A stretch of 64,000 nucleotides of DNA from an uncultured Acinetobacter sp. (lineage in GTDB: Bacteria > Cyanobacteriota > Vampirovibrionia > Gastranaerophilales > Gastranaerophilaceae): NCBI GenBank assembly GCA_947306495.1, contig CAMZGT010000003.1:29850-93849 (forward strand), read 5' to 3'. The translations under genes were made by a program, and so were the position numbers. Below, piece by piece: positions 27,429-36,686 of the stretch (its first letter is position 1; each line of letters starts with the position of its first letter). The notes under the pieces were generated by a model. The model had not been told where the DNA came from. It saw nothing but the letters and a program-made list of their open reading frames with translations, and did no database searches.

Positions 27429-29266
27429 AATATAGTAATATACAAAAAGTTATAGCGGCAGCAATGCTCGTAGCATTTACGTTACCTTCATCATTAGCGG
27501 TATCTTTGTATGACTCATATGCTGCGCCCTCATCAGCTTCAATGGTTTTAACAGGCGGTGCAAGAATAACTGACAAAAATGATAAAATAACATTAAGTCT
27601 GCGTGATTCTGATGTAAAACAAGTCTTAAGAATGTTTGCAGACAAAGTCGGCAAGAATGTTGTTTTTCATTCATCTGTAGAAGGAAAAGTAACGTTAGAC
27701 TTGGTAGACATGCCGATAAATGATGCTTTTAATCTTGTTATGCAAATTTCTAATTTGAGTTCATATGTTCAAGGTAATACATTAATAGTTCTTTCAAAGA
27801 ACAGTTCTGATAATGCAACTTTTGCAAAACAAGAAATGATGTTGTTTCCTGTTAAGTATGTAAGTGCATCAAAAATTGCGGATTTCCTGAATAATAATGT
27901 TTTGTCACAAACCGGTGAAACTGCAACGGTTAATGCGGCAACAAATGAGATTATTTTATTTGGTAAAAAATCGGATTCTGCAATTGTGCAAAAAGTAATT
28001 GATCAATTAGACAGAGAGCCTTTAACAAGAACGTTCTCTGTTAATCATACAACACCTGCTGAAATGGCAGATATGATTTGTAATATGTTGTTGCCTTCAA
28101 GAGGCTCTTCGTCAGGCAAAAGCTCTGGCGGTGCAAAATCAGGTGGAGGTGCAACAGGTTTTGCTGCTGATATAGGCGGGAGCAGCGCATTAAAACTTGG
28201 TGAAGGGGTTGTAGCTTGTTCAGTTTCTCAAACAGCAACAAGTTCTTCCGCACCGTTTGATGTTCAAAACCTAGCAGTATCTTATTTCCCTCAAAGAGGA
28301 ACTATTATGATAATGGGTGGTTCTGAAGCTCAGGCAAATATGATAGAAAGATTTATCAAAACTAACGATATAAAGCAACCGCAGGCATATTTAGAGGTTC
28401 AGATAGTAGAATTAAATGAACAAGGTTCTAAAGACCTTCAAAATGAGTGGAAGCTTCGTTCAAAGGCATGGAATGCTGACTTCAACAGCAGTGGTTTCTC
28501 CGGCGGCAGACTTAACAGTGCAGACAGATACGTTCCTGTAACGTATCATATTTGGGCTCCAACAGATGCCAACGGTAACCCTACGTGGTCATATAATGAA
28601 AAAGATGGAAAAGTTATATTGCCGACTTATACAGCTCTATCAGGTATGAGTAAATCGCCATATGGTAGTAATCTGCATATTTCTTGGTATATGAACTATC
28701 TTATTCAAAACCAAAAAGCTCGTGTATTAGCAAATCCGAAGCTTATTATAACTAATGGGCAAGAATCAGTAATTGATTTAACTCAAGACTATATTGAAAA
28801 AGTTACATCTGAATTCTTATCAACAACGACTTCTGGTACAGTCGGTGCTGTTCAAAGAACATATACAATAGGTGAAGATAAAGGTATTAAGGTAACGCTT
28901 ACTCCGTTTATTTCTCCTGAGGGTTATGTAACATTAAATATTAAACCCGAATACGCTACGGAAGCCGGCAAAGTTTATGCAGCAGGTGAAACAGGCAGCG
29001 ATGAACTTGCAGCAACACTTTTAAGCAGAAGAAATCTTGATTTGAAAAATATAAGAATTAAAGATGGTGAAACACTTGTAATTGGCGGTATGGTTCAAGA
29101 AGAGGATTCGAAAACCGTGAGAAAAGTTCCTGTATTGGGTGACTTGCCATTAATTGGTGCAGCATTTAGATCTACAAATACTACTAAAGTAAAAACAGAA
29201 CTTATAATCATGATTACGCCAAGGATAATTGATGATGGTGAAGGATCTATTGCGGATAGTTTATAG
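27425..29266 (+). CDS. secretin (PilQ/GspD family)
   Basis: Signal peptide, N-domains and the C-terminal secretin signature VPVLGDLPLIGAAFRS...TELIIMITPRII. Confidence 0.9.
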   Translation: MKYSNIQKVIAAAMLVAFTLPSSLAVSLYDSYAAPSSASMVLTGGARITDKNDKITLSLRDSDVKQVLRMFADKVGKNVVFHSSVEGKVTLDLVDMPINDAFNLVMQISNLSSYVQGNTLIVLSKNSSDNATFAKQEMMLFPVKYVSASKIADFLNNNVLSQTGETATVNAATNEIILFGKKSDSAIVQKVIDQLDREPLTRTFSVNHTTPAEMADMICNMLLPSRGSSSGKSSGGAKSGGGATGFAADIGGSSALKLGEGVVACSVSQTATSSSAPFDVQNLAVSYFPQRGTIMIMGGSEAQANMIERFIKTNDIKQPQAYLEVQIVELNEQGSKDLQNEWKLRSKAWNADFNSSGFSGGRLNSADRYVPVTYHIWAPTDANGNPTWSYNEKDGKVILPTYTALSGMSKSPYGSNLHISWYMNYLIQNQKARVLANPKLIITNGQESVIDLTQDYIEKVTSEFLSTTTSGTVGAVQRTYTIGEDKGIKVTLTPFISPEGYVTLNIKPEYATEAGKVYAAGETGSDELAATLLSRRNLDLKNIRIKDGETLVIGGMVQEEDSKTVRKVPVLGDLPLIGAAFRSTNTTKVKTELIIMITPRIIDDGEGSIADSL

Positions 29267-29268
29267 AA

Positions 29269-31332
29269 ATGTCTAATCAACTGGAAAAACTAAAAAACAG
29301 TATAAGAATACTTTATATTGATAAATTTGATTTAAACCTGATGAAAACATCAGGTTTTATTCCAGTTGATAAAAAAGAGAAAAATTTTTATGTAATATTA
29401 AACAAAAATACTCCGATAAATAAAGATGAAGTTACAAAAATAATTCAGCGTGAAATTCATGGAGTAGATGTTCAATTTATTCCGATTTCTGATTCTGATT
29501 TTACGTATATTTACAACTACATAGCTGATATATACAAAAAAGCGGGAGTAGGAACTTCTGATTCGAATTCTCAAAAAGGGGATGATCCTGCAGAAAAAGA
29601 ACCGACAGCAGAGGACATGCTTGTTACAATCGGTTGGTTAACAAAAGAACAGTTGCAAGAATCTATTCAGGATGCTGAACAAAAAAAATTACCTTTGGAT
29701 GCTATATTTTTTGAAAAAGGCTATCTTTCAAAAGAAAGAATTGGTTCGTACTTAAAGAAAAAGTATAACAAAGAAGTAATATATAAAGAAAATATTGTTT
29801 CAGATGCAGCAATTGTGAAAATGCTTCCGGATGATTTCATTGAAAAGAAGCGCACTATAATAATGTCAATGCAGGATAACAAGTTAAATGTTGCAATGGT
29901 TAATCCTGATGATAAGTATACAATTCGTGAAATATCGTTATCTACCGGACGTTCTTTAAACGTGTATTGTATTCCATATCATGAATATGACATGTATGTG
30001 AAGGAATATTTCATCAAGAAAAAAAGTGAGCTAGCTGCAAAAGAAACAGAAAGAATAATTCAAAGTATTGAAGAAGAAGCAGCTCAGTTTAATAGCGAAG
30101 AATCACTTTGGTCACAGGTTGAAAAGGAACTTCAAGACGCAAGCGGCAATGTTGCTAAATTTGTATATAAAATCATAACAGATGCTATTGATAGTAAAGC
30201 ATCAGATATTCACATAGAACCAAGATTAGGTTACTACGTTGTTAGAGTACGTTCTGACGGTATATTAAAAAAAGTGCTGGAAATACCGGGCAGCATTGAG
30301 CAGGCGGTGATTACACGTTTTAAAGTTTTAGCAAGAATGAATATTGCGGAACACAGACGTCCGCAAGACGGTACATTTTCTATCAAATATAATGACAGAA
30401 TGTACGATTTCCGTATAAATACTTTACCGGTGTCAGGAAAGGAAAAAGTTGTAATTCGTATTTTGGCACCTGCGGTAAGTTTAAAAGCTTCCGGTGAAAA
30501 AATGATTATTCAGGGTGCATCAGAAGAAGATATTCAAAAAATCCACGATATGGTGCAGTGTCCGAACGGTATTATATTAACATCAGGGCCGACAGGTTCA
30601 GGTAAAACAACAACTCTGTATACAATATTAAAAGCATTAAACAAAGAAGATGTTAATATTACAACAATCGAAGATCCGATAGAAATCAAACTGGAAGGTA
30701 TAAATCAATCTCAGGTAAACCCTAAGGCTGATATCACGTTTGCATCATGTATGAGAGCAATATTACGTCAGGACCCTGATATTATTCTTGTTGGTGAAAT
30801 CCGTGACTTTGAAACATTGGAAGTTGCAATATCAGCTGCTTTAACTGGTCACCTTGTGTTAAGTACAGTGCACACAAATTCTGCAGCAGCTACGGTTACA
30901 CGTCTTATTGAAATGGGTGCAAAAGATTATTTAGTATCATCAACTTTAACCGGTGTTATTGCCCAACGTCTTGTAAGAAGGCTTTGTGATAAGTGTAAAG
31001 AGGGTTATTTCCCAACAGAAGAAGAAGTTAAGCATATTACTACAGATGAACATATACAGGAACAGTTAATGAAAACAAAGCTGTATAGAAAAAAAGGATG
31101 TAAGGATTGCGGTTATTTAGGATATTCAGGGCGTATCGGTATATATGAAGTTATGCCTATATCAAGAGAAATAAAGAAACTTATTGCTCAAGGAGCTCAT
31201 GATATTGAAATAGAAGAAGCCGCTGTTGCTGCAGGTATGAAAACTCTTAGATTTTCTTGTCTTAAACACATAACTGAAGGAAATACAACAACAAGCGAAT
31301 TTATAAGAGTGCTTGGTTACGCAAGTGATTAA
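29269..31332 (+). CDS. type IV pilus / type II secretion assembly ATPase (PilB/GspE family)
   Basis: T2SSE N-domain, Walker A GPTGSGKTTTLY, Asp/His boxes and a tetracysteine CDKC...CKDC. Confidence 0.9.
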   Translation: MSNQLEKLKNSIRILYIDKFDLNLMKTSGFIPVDKKEKNFYVILNKNTPINKDEVTKIIQREIHGVDVQFIPISDSDFTYIYNYIADIYKKAGVGTSDSNSQKGDDPAEKEPTAEDMLVTIGWLTKEQLQESIQDAEQKKLPLDAIFFEKGYLSKERIGSYLKKKYNKEVIYKENIVSDAAIVKMLPDDFIEKKRTIIMSMQDNKLNVAMVNPDDKYTIREISLSTGRSLNVYCIPYHEYDMYVKEYFIKKKSELAAKETERIIQSIEEEAAQFNSEESLWSQVEKELQDASGNVAKFVYKIITDAIDSKASDIHIEPRLGYYVVRVRSDGILKKVLEIPGSIEQAVITRFKVLARMNIAEHRRPQDGTFSIKYNDRMYDFRINTLPVSGKEKVVIRILAPAVSLKASGEKMIIQGASEEDIQKIHDMVQCPNGIILTSGPTGSGKTTTLYTILKALNKEDVNITTIEDPIEIKLEGINQSQVNPKADITFASCMRAILRQDPDIILVGEIRDFETLEVAISAALTGHLVLSTVHTNSAAATVTRLIEMGAKDYLVSSTLTGVIAQRLVRRLCDKCKEGYFPTEEEVKHITTDEHIQEQLMKTKLYRKKGCKDCGYLGYSGRIGIYEVMPISREIKKLIAQGAHDIEIEEAAVAAGMKTLRFSCLKHITEGNTTTSEFIRVLGYASD

Positions 31333-31370
31333 ATTTTGATGCATAAAAAATACAAATTAAGTGAGGAAAA

Positions 31371-32570
31371 ATGCCAATATATAGTTATCAAGCATTAAAA
31401 CAAGGAAAAGAAGTTATAAAGGGTGAAGTTACTGCTTCTAATCTTAAAGATGCAAGAGAAATTATTAGGAAGATGGGACTTGTACCTACAAAGATTAATG
31501 AATATAGTGATGCAAGTACAAAGAAAGCTGGTCATGTTTCATCTCTTTCGTTAAAAGAGAAAATAGATTTCATTTCTACATTGCAAATATTGCTTTCATC
31601 TGGTATTCCGGCTGTAGAATCTTTGATGTTTATGGAGCAGGAAGCTGCCAGAAAGAAAATAAGAAATTTATCAAAAATTTTAAAAACTCAGATTATGGCA
31701 GGTTCTACGTTTGCGGACACTTTAGCAAGATTTCCAAATGTATTCGGATATATTTTTATAGGTTTGGTAAAAGCAGGTGAAGAAGCCGGTGAACTTGAAA
31801 AAACCCTTGGCCGTATTAAGGATCTTTTAACAAAACAAGAAAACACAAAAAGTAAAGTTATTGGAACGCTTATATATCCTATGTTTGTAATTATTCTTGC
31901 TTGCGTTATATCCATAGTAATGCTTGTGTTCGTTTTTCCTGCATTTAAGGATATGTTTGCGCAACAAGAAAAAGCTCTTCCGTTAATTACTTCAATAATG
32001 ATTAATGCAGGGGATTATCTTAAAACATATTGGTACACAATTCCAATATTTATTGCTGCCTTTATTGCTTTTGTTTACATGTGTTTCAATTGGAAACCTG
32101 CAAGAGAAATTGTAGATAAATTAGTTTTAAAGATACCTCTAATTAATAATTTAATAATGTATTCTAATTATTCAAATTTTATGTCTGTTTTCAGCGTTTC
32201 GTATGATGCAGGTATTCCTGTTGTTGATTGTTTGCATTTGGCGGTAATAACGCTTACTAATTCTGTATTAAGAAATAAAATTAGTACAGCAATTGTTAAG
32301 GTTCAACAAGGTTTACAAGTTTCACAGGCATTAAAAACAACAAAGGTTATGCCAAAGATGCTTTTATTTATGGTATCAACCGGTGAGCAATCCGGTCGTT
32401 TAGGCGATATGCTTGAAAAAGCTGTAAACTTTTTGGATAAAACTTTGGATGGTATTATTGATACAATAACAAAGATGATAGAACCTGTAATGCTATTGGT
32501 TATAGGCAGCATTGTATTGGTTATGGCGTTAGCGTTATATCTGCCTTTATTCCAATCTTATATGAGTTAG
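31371..32570 (+). CDS. platform protein (PilC/GspF family)
   Basis: Duplicated T2SF domain with three TM segments. It sits after the ATPase. Confidence 0.9.
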   Translation: MPIYSYQALKQGKEVIKGEVTASNLKDAREIIRKMGLVPTKINEYSDASTKKAGHVSSLSLKEKIDFISTLQILLSSGIPAVESLMFMEQEAARKKIRNLSKILKTQIMAGSTFADTLARFPNVFGYIFIGLVKAGEEAGELEKTLGRIKDLLTKQENTKSKVIGTLIYPMFVIILACVISIVMLVFVFPAFKDMFAQQEKALPLITSIMINAGDYLKTYWYTIPIFIAAFIAFVYMCFNWKPAREIVDKLVLKIPLINNLIMYSNYSNFMSVFSVSYDAGIPVVDCLHLAVITLTNSVLRNKISTAIVKVQQGLQVSQALKTTKVMPKMLLFMVSTGEQSGRLGDMLEKAVNFLDKTLDGIIDTITKMIEPVMLLVIGSIVLVMALALYLPLFQSYMS

Positions 32571-32580
32571 CGGAGGAAAA

Positions 32581-32859
32581 ATGGAAAAAGAAGATATTAA
32601 TAAATATGTCAGTTCTGCTTGGAAAGAAAAGGTTTATATAGAAACAGCCGAGCATGTGATAAAAGGCTATGTTTTCATGCCAAAAATCGGTAAAAGAAAC
32701 AGATTGTTGACAGAAATTCTTAACTCAAATAAACAATTTTTAGCTGTAACTGATTGTACTGTAGAATTAAAAAGAGCACCTCAAAAAGAGGTTGAAAAAT
32801 GTAGCTTTTTAGAAGTAAACATATCTACGATTCTTATTATGAGACCTATTGATGACTAG
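32581..32859 (+). CDS. hypothetical small protein, last gene of the pilus operon
   Basis: 92-aa ORF starting 10 nt after pilC with a GGAGG SD. No family recognised. Confidence 0.5.
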   Translation: MEKEDINKYVSSAWKEKVYIETAEHVIKGYVFMPKIGKRNRLLTEILNSNKQFLAVTDCTVELKRAPQKEVEKCSFLEVNISTILIMRPIDD

Positions 32860-33670
32860 TAAAATATATGTAATAACAGGTGCAACTTCCGGTATTGGAG
32901 AGGCTTTATTAAAAAGAATTGCAATAAATAATATTGTTTATGCAGGGTGTAGAGATATGCAAAAAGGAAATTCGCTAAAAGAGATTTCTGATAATGTGCG
33001 TCCTTTTTATGTGGATTATTTGAAGCCTGAAACTGTCGTAGAGGCGGTTAAATTTTTAAATAATGATTGTGATAAGATTGATACTCTTATAAATATTGCA
33101 GGATGTGTTGTGGCAGGTCCGATTGAAAAGATAGATATAGATGAAATAAGAAGGCAATTTGATGTTAATGTTTTTGGACATCTTGAGTTAACTCAAGGTT
33201 TGATGAGTAAATTAGCAAATGGCAGAATTATAAATGTGAGTTCGATGGCAAGTTATGGTGTTTTTCCTTTTATTTCTCCATATTGTGCGTCAAAAAAATG
33301 TCTTGATATGTTTTTTAATTCTCTGCTTATTGAGAATAAAAAGAATATTAAAGTGGTATCAATTAAACCCGGAGTGATATCAACTCCTTTATGGGGAAAA
33401 TCCATTGATGAAAATTCAAAATATTTTGATAAATATAATGAATATTCTGCAGAGATGCAATATGTACTTAAAAATGCACAAGTAAATGAATCTTGCGGTT
33501 TATCACCGGATAAGGTTGTTGAAACTATTTTAAAGGCAGACTTAAGTAAAAATCCAAAGCTTACGTATACAGTCGGAAAAGATGCTTTTTTTGCCCGTGT
33601 TGTGTCAAAATTACCACAAAGATTTATTAATGCATTGATTAAATTCGGTATAAAAATCAGAATAAAATAA
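32849..33670 (+). CDS. short-chain dehydrogenase/reductase (SDR)
   Basis: ITGATSGIGEAL cofactor motif and the YCASKK catalytic motif. Confidence 0.85.
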   Translation: MMTSKIYVITGATSGIGEALLKRIAINNIVYAGCRDMQKGNSLKEISDNVRPFYVDYLKPETVVEAVKFLNNDCDKIDTLINIAGCVVAGPIEKIDIDEIRRQFDVNVFGHLELTQGLMSKLANGRIINVSSMASYGVFPFISPYCASKKCLDMFFNSLLIENKKNIKVVSIKPGVISTPLWGKSIDENSKYFDKYNEYSAEMQYVLKNAQVNESCGLSPDKVVETILKADLSKNPKLTYTVGKDAFFARVVSKLPQRFINALIKFGIKIRIK

Positions 33671-33846
33671 CGTCGCCCTGATTGTTAACTTTTGTAAATT
33701 TTTGCTATGGTAAATAGCAAAAATTTTTCTGTGCACTTTTTATAAAAAACATAAAGCTCTCTCTTCTTATTTAAACGGACAGGCCTTGGTTATAAATACA
33801 AGGTCTTTTTTTTATGAAAGTATCTTCTCGCGAAATTATTTAATCG

Positions 33847-35073
33847 TTATCCTCTAATTTTATTTATTACAAAATCCAAAGCACCGCTTTGTTCGCAAAA
33901 TACTTTATTACAAGAGTTTTTCATTTGTTCATATTTAGTAGTATCATTAAGCAAATTTTGAATCCCTTTAAATAATTCATCTTGAGTGGATACAACTCTT
34001 GCTGCGCCGGCATTTGTTAGGATTCTGTAGATATCTTTAAAGTTGAATATTTTCGGACCTGAAAAAACCGGTTTTTCGCAGATAGTTGCTTCTAAAGGGT
34101 TATGACCGCCGGTTTTATTGAAACTGCCACCAATAAATGCTATGTGGCATAAGCTATACATATATTTTAATTCACCGAGAGTGTCAAGAATAATTACATC
34201 ATATTTCTCGGAAAACGTATTATTTTTTGATCTATGCCCATATTTTAGTCCTGCTTTTTCACACAAGATTTCAATTTCTTTAACTCTTTCTAAATGTCTG
34301 GGTGCAATTAAAAGTTTTAAATCAGAAAAACCCTTCCGTAGTTCTTTATAAGTATTAATAATTATCGGATTTTCTGTACCGTGTGTGCTTCCTGCAAGTA
34401 TAATTTTATAAGAGCTTTGTCCAAAGTCAATATTATTTTCTGTTTTCTGTATGCAAAATTTTAGATTTCCCATAAACTCGGCAGAATCGTTTTTTACTCC
34501 GATAGATACAAATTTTTCTCTGTCTTCATAGCTTTGGGTAAAAATAGCTGTATAATTGTTAAAAACTTTTTTAAAGAATAATCTGGCTAATTTGTACATC
34601 CAATATGACAAATCAGAAATTCTGCCATTTATTATGTATAAGGGAATATTCGATTTTTTGCAGCCATATGCAAAACAAGGCCAAATTTCAGTTTCTGCAA
34701 TTAAGACTAAAGAAGGATTTATATTTTTTAAAAATCTGTTAACAGCTGAAGGTATGTCAAAGGGAAAGAATGTAACGTAATCAGCAACATTACCAAGTTT
34801 TTTCTTTGCAATAGCTTGACCTGTTAGTGTAGAAGTTGTAATGACAAGTTTTTTTTCAGGAAATTCTGTCTTTATTCTTTTTGCCAAATCTTCAATTGCT
34901 GTAATTTCACCAACGGAGCAGCCATGCAACATTATTACATTACCGGAAATTCTGTCGCAAAATCCAAATTTTTGTTTCCACCCTCCGGATTTTTTATGAA
35001 TAACTCTTTCCATGAAGAAAAAAGGAAGAGTTATATAGAACAATATTTCTGATAAAATTCCCCAAATAAGCAT
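33847..35073 (-). CDS. waaA: 3-deoxy-D-manno-octulosonic acid (Kdo) transferase
   Basis: HGCSVGE and GGSF..TGGHNPLEA motifs. The likely start is MLIWGIL at 35073, not the track start at 35112. Confidence 0.85.
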   Translation of the reverse strand: MLIWGILSEILFYITLPFFFMERVIHKKSGGWKQKFGFCDRISGNVIMLHGCSVGEITAIEDLAKRIKTEFPEKKLVITTSTLTGQAIAKKKLGNVADYVTFFPFDIPSAVNRFLKNINPSLVLIAETEIWPCFAYGCKKSNIPLYIINGRISDLSYWMYKLARLFFKKVFNNYTAIFTQSYEDREKFVSIGVKNDSAEFMGNLKFCIQKTENNIDFGQSSYKIILAGSTHGTENPIIINTYKELRKGFSDLKLLIAPRHLERVKEIEILCEKAGLKYGHRSKNNTFSEKYDVIILDTLGELKYMYSLCHIAFIGGSFNKTGGHNPLEATICEKPVFSGPKIFNFKDIYRILTNAGAARVVSTQDELFKGIQNLLNDTTKYEQMKNSCNKVFCEQSGALDFVINKIRG

Positions 35074-35075
35074 TT

Positions 35076-35810
35076 TTATACCGTTTCTTTTACATAATAC
35101 TTGTTCAACCATTTTGTCGGTTTCACGTATCTAAATCCGCCTTTTCCCGCAAAACCTGCAAGTGCTTGCTCCGGAGTCGGTCTGCCATGAAACACAATTA
35201 TTTTTGCGTTTGGAGGGTCAATTGGTTCCTTGAAGAAATTAAGCGGAAATGGTTGCAAGCACCCTCTTTTAAAGCTTATACACCAAGATTTATCCCAGTA
35301 TTGCAATAATCCTTTATCGTAAATCTGGTGAGATAAAAATGCCTGCTCATTTTTGTACCTATCACGAATTGTATTATCTTCTTTGTAGAAATTTTCTAAA
35401 ACGTAAGGATATTTTCCTATTTCAAATCTAAAAACAGAAGAATTTCCTATAATATCTTTAGGAAAATCCCAGTCTTTTATAATTATGAAATCGCCTTCTT
35501 TTTCAAAAAACGGAGTTAAATCATCTTTTATAACAATGTCTAAATCTAAAAATAAAGCTGTTCCATGCAAATCAGAAAGTTGCTCATTAAATAAAGATAA
35601 TTTTCTCCAAGCTTTATCAGGGATTTTCTTTTCATTAAAAGGAGGTAAATCTCTAACCTCAATACCTTTAGCTAAACCTTCCGGTTTGTCTGTAAAACAA
35701 ACGAATCTATGTGGTATTGATAAGTTTTTTTCTACCATCCGGTATAAATTATTTACATACTCAGCACCGAATTTTGTTCCCCATTTAATGCAAATAACAT
35801 TTTTATCCAT
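35076..35810 (-). CDS. putative glycosyltransferase-like protein adjacent to waaA
   Basis: 244-aa ORF. The N-terminal ICIKWGTKFGAEYVNNLYRMV pattern recalls a family usually annotated as glycosyltransferase. It is operonic with waaA. Confidence 0.45.
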   Translation of the reverse strand: MDKNVICIKWGTKFGAEYVNNLYRMVEKNLSIPHRFVCFTDKPEGLAKGIEVRDLPPFNEKKIPDKAWRKLSLFNEQLSDLHGTALFLDLDIVIKDDLTPFFEKEGDFIIIKDWDFPKDIIGNSSVFRFEIGKYPYVLENFYKEDNTIRDRYKNEQAFLSHQIYDKGLLQYWDKSWCISFKRGCLQPFPLNFFKEPIDPPNAKIIVFHGRPTPEQALAGFAGKGGFRYVKPTKWLNKYYVKETV

Positions 35811-35966
35811 ACAAACTCCTACCTCTTAAATATACATATTAATAGTAGTAAAAAACAGGTTATCTGTCAACTGAGAAAAAGCTCTAATTACTTGGTTTAT
35901 CAAGGTTTTTTAGATATATTAATTTTTTAAAAAATTTATACTAAACGTAAAATTTTTAATAAAATA

Positions 35967-36638
35967 TTAAGTTAAATTTTTGTTATATTCTACAGCTTTA
36001 TTAAAGTTTTTAACGAAAGTTCTAGCGCCATAGATTCCAACGTATTTATGCATTACAACACCATCAGAAGCGTCAATCATGTAACGCAAAGGTTCATCAT
36101 CTGTTGTTTTTGGTTGAATATATACATATATTGCTCCGTTTTTAGATGGGGCAGAAATATGTGCATAGATTTTATTATTTTTGTCACGCAGGATAGTTTT
36201 ACCATTGGCAGGGCATAACTTATATCCTTCTAAATTCAGCTCAGTGTTCTTTATTACAATTTCTGCATAATTAAGATTTTTTTCTCTCTTAGGCGGAAAT
36301 ACTCTTAGAAAAAATTTATCTAATTTCTCTTTTGTCCTTATTATAGGGGACTTAGATGCTTTAATAATTTTTTTTGCATTTTCAGGTTCTTGATCATCAA
36401 AGCCTGAGCGTGTGCTTAGTTCAGGATAATAGGCAAAAGATTTTTTGTAACCGTTTAAAATGTCGGCAACATTCTTATCTTTTTTGTGGCTTCTTAAAAT
36501 GTAAAAAGCGTCCCCTTTTTCGTTTAAATCATAAAATATTTGTTTATGCTTCCCCAAAACTCCTTCTATTTCTTCCCTCATAACAGGGGTTGTTTTTTTT
36601 ATCAAAAAAGCACCATGAAAATTTATATTATTATCCAT
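35967..36638 (-). CDS. hypothetical protein downstream of the HNH-domain gene
   Basis: 223-aa ORF, same strand, 48-nt gap from 36687. No family recognised. Confidence 0.55.
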   Translation of the reverse strand: MDNNINFHGAFLIKKTTPVMREEIEGVLGKHKQIFYDLNEKGDAFYILRSHKKDKNVADILNGYKKSFAYYPELSTRSGFDDQEPENAKKIIKASKSPIIRTKEKLDKFFLRVFPPKREKNLNYAEIVIKNTELNLEGYKLCPANGKTILRDKNNKIYAHISAPSKNGAIYVYIQPKTTDDEPLRYMIDASDGVVMHKYVGIYGARTFVKNFNKAVEYNKNLT

Positions 36639-36686
36639 TTTTTATTTTGCCTCCAAGGTAATAAAAACGTCTCAAAATAATTTTTG

